NCBI GenBank assembly: GCA_965649825.1
Contig: OZ287697.1
Span: 831,635-895,634 of the forward strand
DNA length: 64,000 nucleotides
Source: Penicillus capitatus
Lineage: Eukaryota; Plantae; Chlorophyta
Reading direction: 5' to 3'
Positions 59,472 through 64,000 of this stretch are shown piece after piece. The notes under the pieces were generated by a model that was given only the letters and a program-made list of their open reading frames with translations, did no database searches and was not told the DNA's origin. The position numbers and the translations under genes were made by a program. Position 1 is the first letter of the stretch; every line of letters starts with the position of its first letter.

Positions 59472-61068
59472 CTATTCTCTAAACCTCTTTCGAGGGCGAG
59501 TGGCGGAAGTCCCCGGCTCATTATCGCCCTTGCGTTTTGATTTGCTTTCCTCCTTTAGCCTCGACAGTCGCTCTACCCGAGCCGGCGTATCACGGAGACC
59601 ATACCGGTCACTTGCTTTTTTCGCCCTTGAGGCTTCATCCTCGTACGAGAAGTCCCTGCGGTTGCGTTTAAGCCCACGGATGGTATCTGCATCCATGGGT
59701 TCACCGCTGACCGTCTCTTCCTCGACTTCCTCCTCCGCGGGTTCCCCGTCGACTTCCTCGACTTCCTCCTCCGCGGGTTCCCCGTCGACTTCCTCGACTT
59801 CCTCCTCCGCGGGTTCCCCGTCGACTTCCTCGACTTCCTCCTCCGCGGGTTCCCCGTCGACTTCCTCGACTTCCTCCTCCGCGGGTTCCCCGTCGACTTC
59901 CTCGACTTCCTCCTCCGCGGGTTCCCCGTCGACTTCCTCGACTTCCTCCTCCGCGGGTTCCCCGTCGACTTCCTCGACTTCCTCCTCCGCGGGTTCCCCG
60001 TCGACTTCCTCGACTTCCTCCTCCGCGGGTTCCCCGTCGACTTCCTCGACTTCCTCCTCCGCGGGTTCCCCGTCGACTTCCTCGACTTCCTCCTCCGCGG
60101 GTTCCCCGTCGACTTCCTCGACTTCCTCCTCCGCGGGTTCCCCGTCGACTTCCTCGACTTCCTCCTCCGCGGGTTCCCCGTCGACTTCCTCGACTTCCTC
60201 CTCCGCGGGTTCCCCGTCGACTTCCTCGACTTCCTCCTCCGCGGGTTCCCCGTCGACTTCCTCGACTTCCTCCTCCGCGGGTTCCCCGTCGACTTCCTCG
60301 ACTTCCGACTTCCTCCTCCGCGGGTTCCCCGTCGACTTCCTCGACTTCCTCCTCCGCGGGTTCCCCGTCGACTTCCTCGACTTCCTCTGGCTGCGGTTCG
60401 CCACTTCCTTCGGCTTCCATATGCCCAATTGGTGCGCCGAGAGGGTATCCTTGCGCTTCTGCAGGGTTTCCTTCCACTATGGCCACTGGGCGCCCTTCTC
60501 TCACTGGCCATCGAAGGGGAACTCCTTCCGAATGACCTTGTTCCACTGGTCCCGGAATAGAAGGCACCGGCACGACCAACCGCTGTGGCATCGCGGCATT
60601 GCGACTCAGTAAGCATTCGACCAGCTGCAGTGCCATTTCCCTCTCTGCTTGGTACGTCAGGTTTACCCTCGCATATACCGTAGCCAAGTGGAGGACAAAC
60701 TCGACTATCGTGCCATAGATGTCCTCGCTGCCGTATGGAACCAAGTTGCTCGTCATCATCGCCTGGGTTAGCTCGTTTGCGAAGTCGCCAAACGTGAGGT
60801 AAGCGCGCTCTCCGGGAACCCCGGTTTCTGCGTCAATGTAGTCTGGGTCGAATCCGACGTGTTCCCAGTTGACGAGTCGCCGACAAACTGCCATAACGCC
60901 CAGGAAGCCACTCTCGTCTGCGAAGGGCAGCCGCAGTGTCTCCGCGTCCATGTATGATGGATACGCTTCGTCGACAATTTTCCTTACCCTTAGCACGAAG
61001 CGTTTGTACGCCAGTCGCGGAACCCTAAGAGTGTGCAAAACCGACAAAATAGCTCCAGTTGTGCTCAT
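59472..61068 (-). pseudogene. A-ORF1 copy 2, frameshifted inside the repeat array
   Basis: N-domain protein identical to copy 1. A ~7-nt partial unit near 60301-60307 shifts the frame, so translation ends at 59701 in an RG-rich frame. Confidence 0.75.
59715..60385 (-). repeat. 36-bp tandem repeat x18 (EEVEEVDGEPAE)
   Basis: 18 GGGTTCCCC units counted. Confidence 0.95.
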
Positions 61069-61790
61069 CTCGTAGAGATCTGCAAACGCCAAGTCACACA
61101 GAACGAAACCGTGACTTGCGACAAAGCCTAAACGACGAACGAAAAAGAGCAATACAGAGTTGACTGACCGCGTCCTCGTATTTGTACGTGCGAAAATGGA
61201 GAGATGCGCTATTTATAGGTGTGGTCGCCGACCGGCCGTTCCGCGCGTCAGGCGGAGTGTTTGTTGACAGCGAGAACTTTTTGCGCCTCGCAGAGCAGAG
61301 AATTTCAGGTTCGACATCGCATCCGTATATATTCGGAATGATGGGAATTCCTAGGCAGGTGAGTCAACGGGCGTTCGGAACCAGAGAGAACTAACTGCCT
61401 CAAAGTCAACCAGCGTCTCTTGAAGCCACGAACCACCTCTCGACAGGACAGACCGAGGTGACACCTGCGGAGATAACGATAGGCGAGAAAATGAATGAGC
61501 AGCCAGCTGTCACATCACGATCGAGAAACAAGAATTGTTCTTCATCTCGAGAGATTTTGCTCCTTTGAAAACTGTCATCGCTCGTTCCTTGAACTTTTGA
61601 TCGCTCGCTGCCCCAGCAGCTTTATCCGATTAAGCAACTTTTTGGAACGTTTCTGCCTTTGTATTATGTATTACGTTTTTCGGCTGTCATGGGGTATGTC
61701 ATGTGCGGATCCCATGTAAAATCATCCATTTATATATTACGTTTTTCGGCGAGACGAGCGAGTCGTTATACGTCGAGGTCTGCGGCATCA

Positions 61791-62117
61791 ATGGGAGAGT
61801 CTGCAACTAGCCGACAAACACGACAGCTGTCGGAATCCTCGGGCCAAAGAGAGTGGCGGTCAAGAGAATGTCAGGATAAGACAATCGAACGTCGTGAAGA
61901 GGCTCAACAGTGTGTGATGAGGAACGACGGAGTGATCGAGAGCAACGAAGAGGAAGCGAGAAGTCGGCGAAGGATCCTTTTCCAAAGGTTTCGAACTCTC
62001 ACAGCACCACATTCTGCGTACGATGAAGACAGGCCCCATCTGTCAAAGCCAACAGCTAGCAGGGACTGTTTCCGTTTGTTCGTGGTCGACAGTGTGCCTA
62101 CAAGGCGGACGACGTAG
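61791..62117 (+). CDS. A-ORF3: putative 108-aa ORF divergent from ORF1 (nonsense CGA>TGA in A1, 14968-15294)
   Basis: ATG lies ~55 bp after TTTATATATT; MGESATSRQ..VDSVPTRRTT*. No recognisable domain. Confidence 0.3.
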   Translation: MGESATSRQTRQLSESSGQREWRSRECQDKTIERREEAQQCVMRNDGVIESNEEEARSRRRILFQRFRTLTAPHSAYDEDRPHLSKPTASRDCFRLFVVDSVPTRRTT

Positions 62118-64000
62118 TGAGAATCGCGTACTCAAGGAGGCAGCTAAGCCGGCATGAAGACCTCGGGTGCATCGAAAGAATCTCTCTCGACAAACCGGCC
62201 TTTCTAATCTATTGATGCCTTTGTCAAACCCGGTGAGAATAAGGTTCATGTGGTACATGGCTTCAGAGAGGTAAATGGGTGCTTTTCAACAGAGGGACGG
62301 ACCCGAATTGAATGTTAAGGGAGTAATTGATCACATACCAGTTAATTAAAGGGGTTTTAATCGCAGGTTTGCAGAATGGATCCTTTTCTGTGCCCGTCGG
62401 ACCTTCACTGAGACACTTGTTCGGGTTTGAATGCGAAAAAAGCAGAAGGATGGATCTACAAGAGGTTACCGAAATGATTCTCATTCTCGCCGATGTCGTC
62501 TGCCGAGAGAGTTACTCCCATGATTGATAGCACATGGGCCCTTGAGTTTGCGGATGCCTTCATTTTGAGAAGATAGAATCCCGAAGATCACTGTGATCCC
62601 ACTGCGATAGCTTGATGAATCCTCTGTCGACGAGCAAGAAAACGGGGTTGCTTTCGAAGAACGTCGGATACAAGAATTCAGACTACTCGTAGTATACGGA
62701 CGGTCATTTTACACGTTCTTTCGTCTTAGGTTCCAAGACACCAATCAAATTAGATCTTCGTCTGTTATTGGCCTTGAAACCGTCGCAAAAGGCCGAGGCA
62801 TGTGTTCAAACGCCTGCCGAATCATCGGTTGAAAGCCAACCTTACCGAAATGAAAACATTTAAGGAGGAGATCCCTTTGTGAGATACCAGTTAAAGGAGG
62901 GGACGCAATAGCTGTTAGAGTATCTTGCAGAAAAGTGGGAACAGCTTAACTACAAGAAGACCAACCATGAAAGACTTCGAGGGACGCATTAAAATTTTGT
63001 CTTTCGCTCGGAGTCGTGTATCAGACACAGAAGTGAAATTAAAACGTTGAGACGACGGTGGCAAAACGTCAAGAGTGAGGGAGTGGAAGAAAATTCCCAG
63101 AGAATATCAGTCCAGCGGTGAGAAGGGTTTACCAACATAGTCTCTCGGGTCGAGAAGTATCGAGTGTGGCGAGGAACAGTTCGGAGTTATTTGCGATCCA
63201 CGCTAACTCGACTAACTGAAGCCTCAACGCGCCATACCAGGTGGAACGCTCAGTGCACGACAATCGACAGCAGCCACGGGGACGGCAAACAAAGGAAACC
63301 GGCGCGACGGAGGAAGATGGCTTGGGGTTCATCAAGCGCGGTCGGATGTCCTACCCTGCAGATGTAGGGGGCATGTTGCGAAAGATTGTCCGCAGGCGCG
63401 AGAATCTGATAGCAGAAATATGAGATCTGATGACACCAGATACGCCTATAAGATCGGAACACCACAGGATCTGATTTCGGAAGCGGCGCGTCCAGGACTG
63501 AACATTCTGTCAACCTTTTTTCGTCGGACATTCACCTTGGCCACTAAATGTCTAGGCATTCATTTTTAAAGGTTTTTTGGCCTGTTTTCGCAGGTAGGTG
63601 CAAGTGTTGTGTCGACCTTTTCTAGACGGTTGTCAATCGTGCCTCCGGATCCTTGGATATAGCACCGTTTCAATGGTTTTGAGGACACGGTTATGCGACT
63701 GCATAGACAGTCACGTCACTACGCAAGTACTAGTGGACGATCGAGCTTGTTTGCTTTGCCGGACGATAGTTTTTCGCGCTATTGTCGTGTGAGAATCGTT
63801 CGTTGTTAGATCATATTACTCCACGCGCAACATACTCACACGTTAGCGATTGCCATCAATGTCTTTGGTGCTTTTACAAAAAACGCGATAAAAAAGTGTT
63901 CTGACAATGTATAGACGTGAGCGAAAGAGATGAAAGGATAGCTGTTGCGGGTAATGGACTTAGCGAGCGTCAAATGCGGCGTCGTAGGCGAGAATCAACA

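Larger units (their letters stand above)
58062..63648 (-). mobile_element. Repeat family A, copy A2 (inverted)
   Basis: Reverse-complement homolog of 13430-18728, with different VNTR copy numbers and scattered substitutions. Confidence 0.75.

Noticed and set aside
1-64000. tRNA, rRNA or telomere arrays
   Set aside because: None recognised by eye; isolated ACCCTAA hits are single. A tRNAscan/Infernal run would be needed to exclude small RNAs.

Overview
Eukaryotic nuclear DNA from a green alga (chlorophyte). The evidence is a major LHCII gene, a nucleus-encoded plastid rps5, a CslA/C-type mannan synthase, short GT-AG introns (mostly ~47-60 nt) and the standard genetic code. A siphonous ulvophyte (Bryopsidales-like) is my inference only. 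The window has three zones. (1) ~1-27.5 kb, accessory: a large beta-helix/multi-TM surface-protein gene and a decayed paralog, a secreted patatin, three PLL-like beta-propeller lectin paralogs (one intact, one truncated, one killed and interrupted by a 5'-truncated LINE with a 15-bp TSD), and two unclassified repeat families (A ~5.3 kb, B ~1.45 kb). (2) ~28-53.5 kb, very compact housekeeping block: RBR/MAT3, a cyclin, an MDR dehydrogenase, a coiled-coil membrane protein, proteasome beta4, PRPS5, LYAR, LHCII, a RAP-domain protein, CPSF160, GST-ValRS and CslA. Four divergent gene pairs here have modelled start codons only ~27-75 bp apart. (3) ~54.6-64 kb: two B copies facing each other plus an inverted second copy of A. 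The best candidates for undescribed biology are element A (a dispersed unit with a TATA-driven orphan gene, coding VNTRs and no recognisable transposase or RT), the hairpin-ended B family, and the ultra-tight head-to-head gene pairs. All identifications come from motif recognition by eye; no database searches were run, and exon and element boundaries are approximate.
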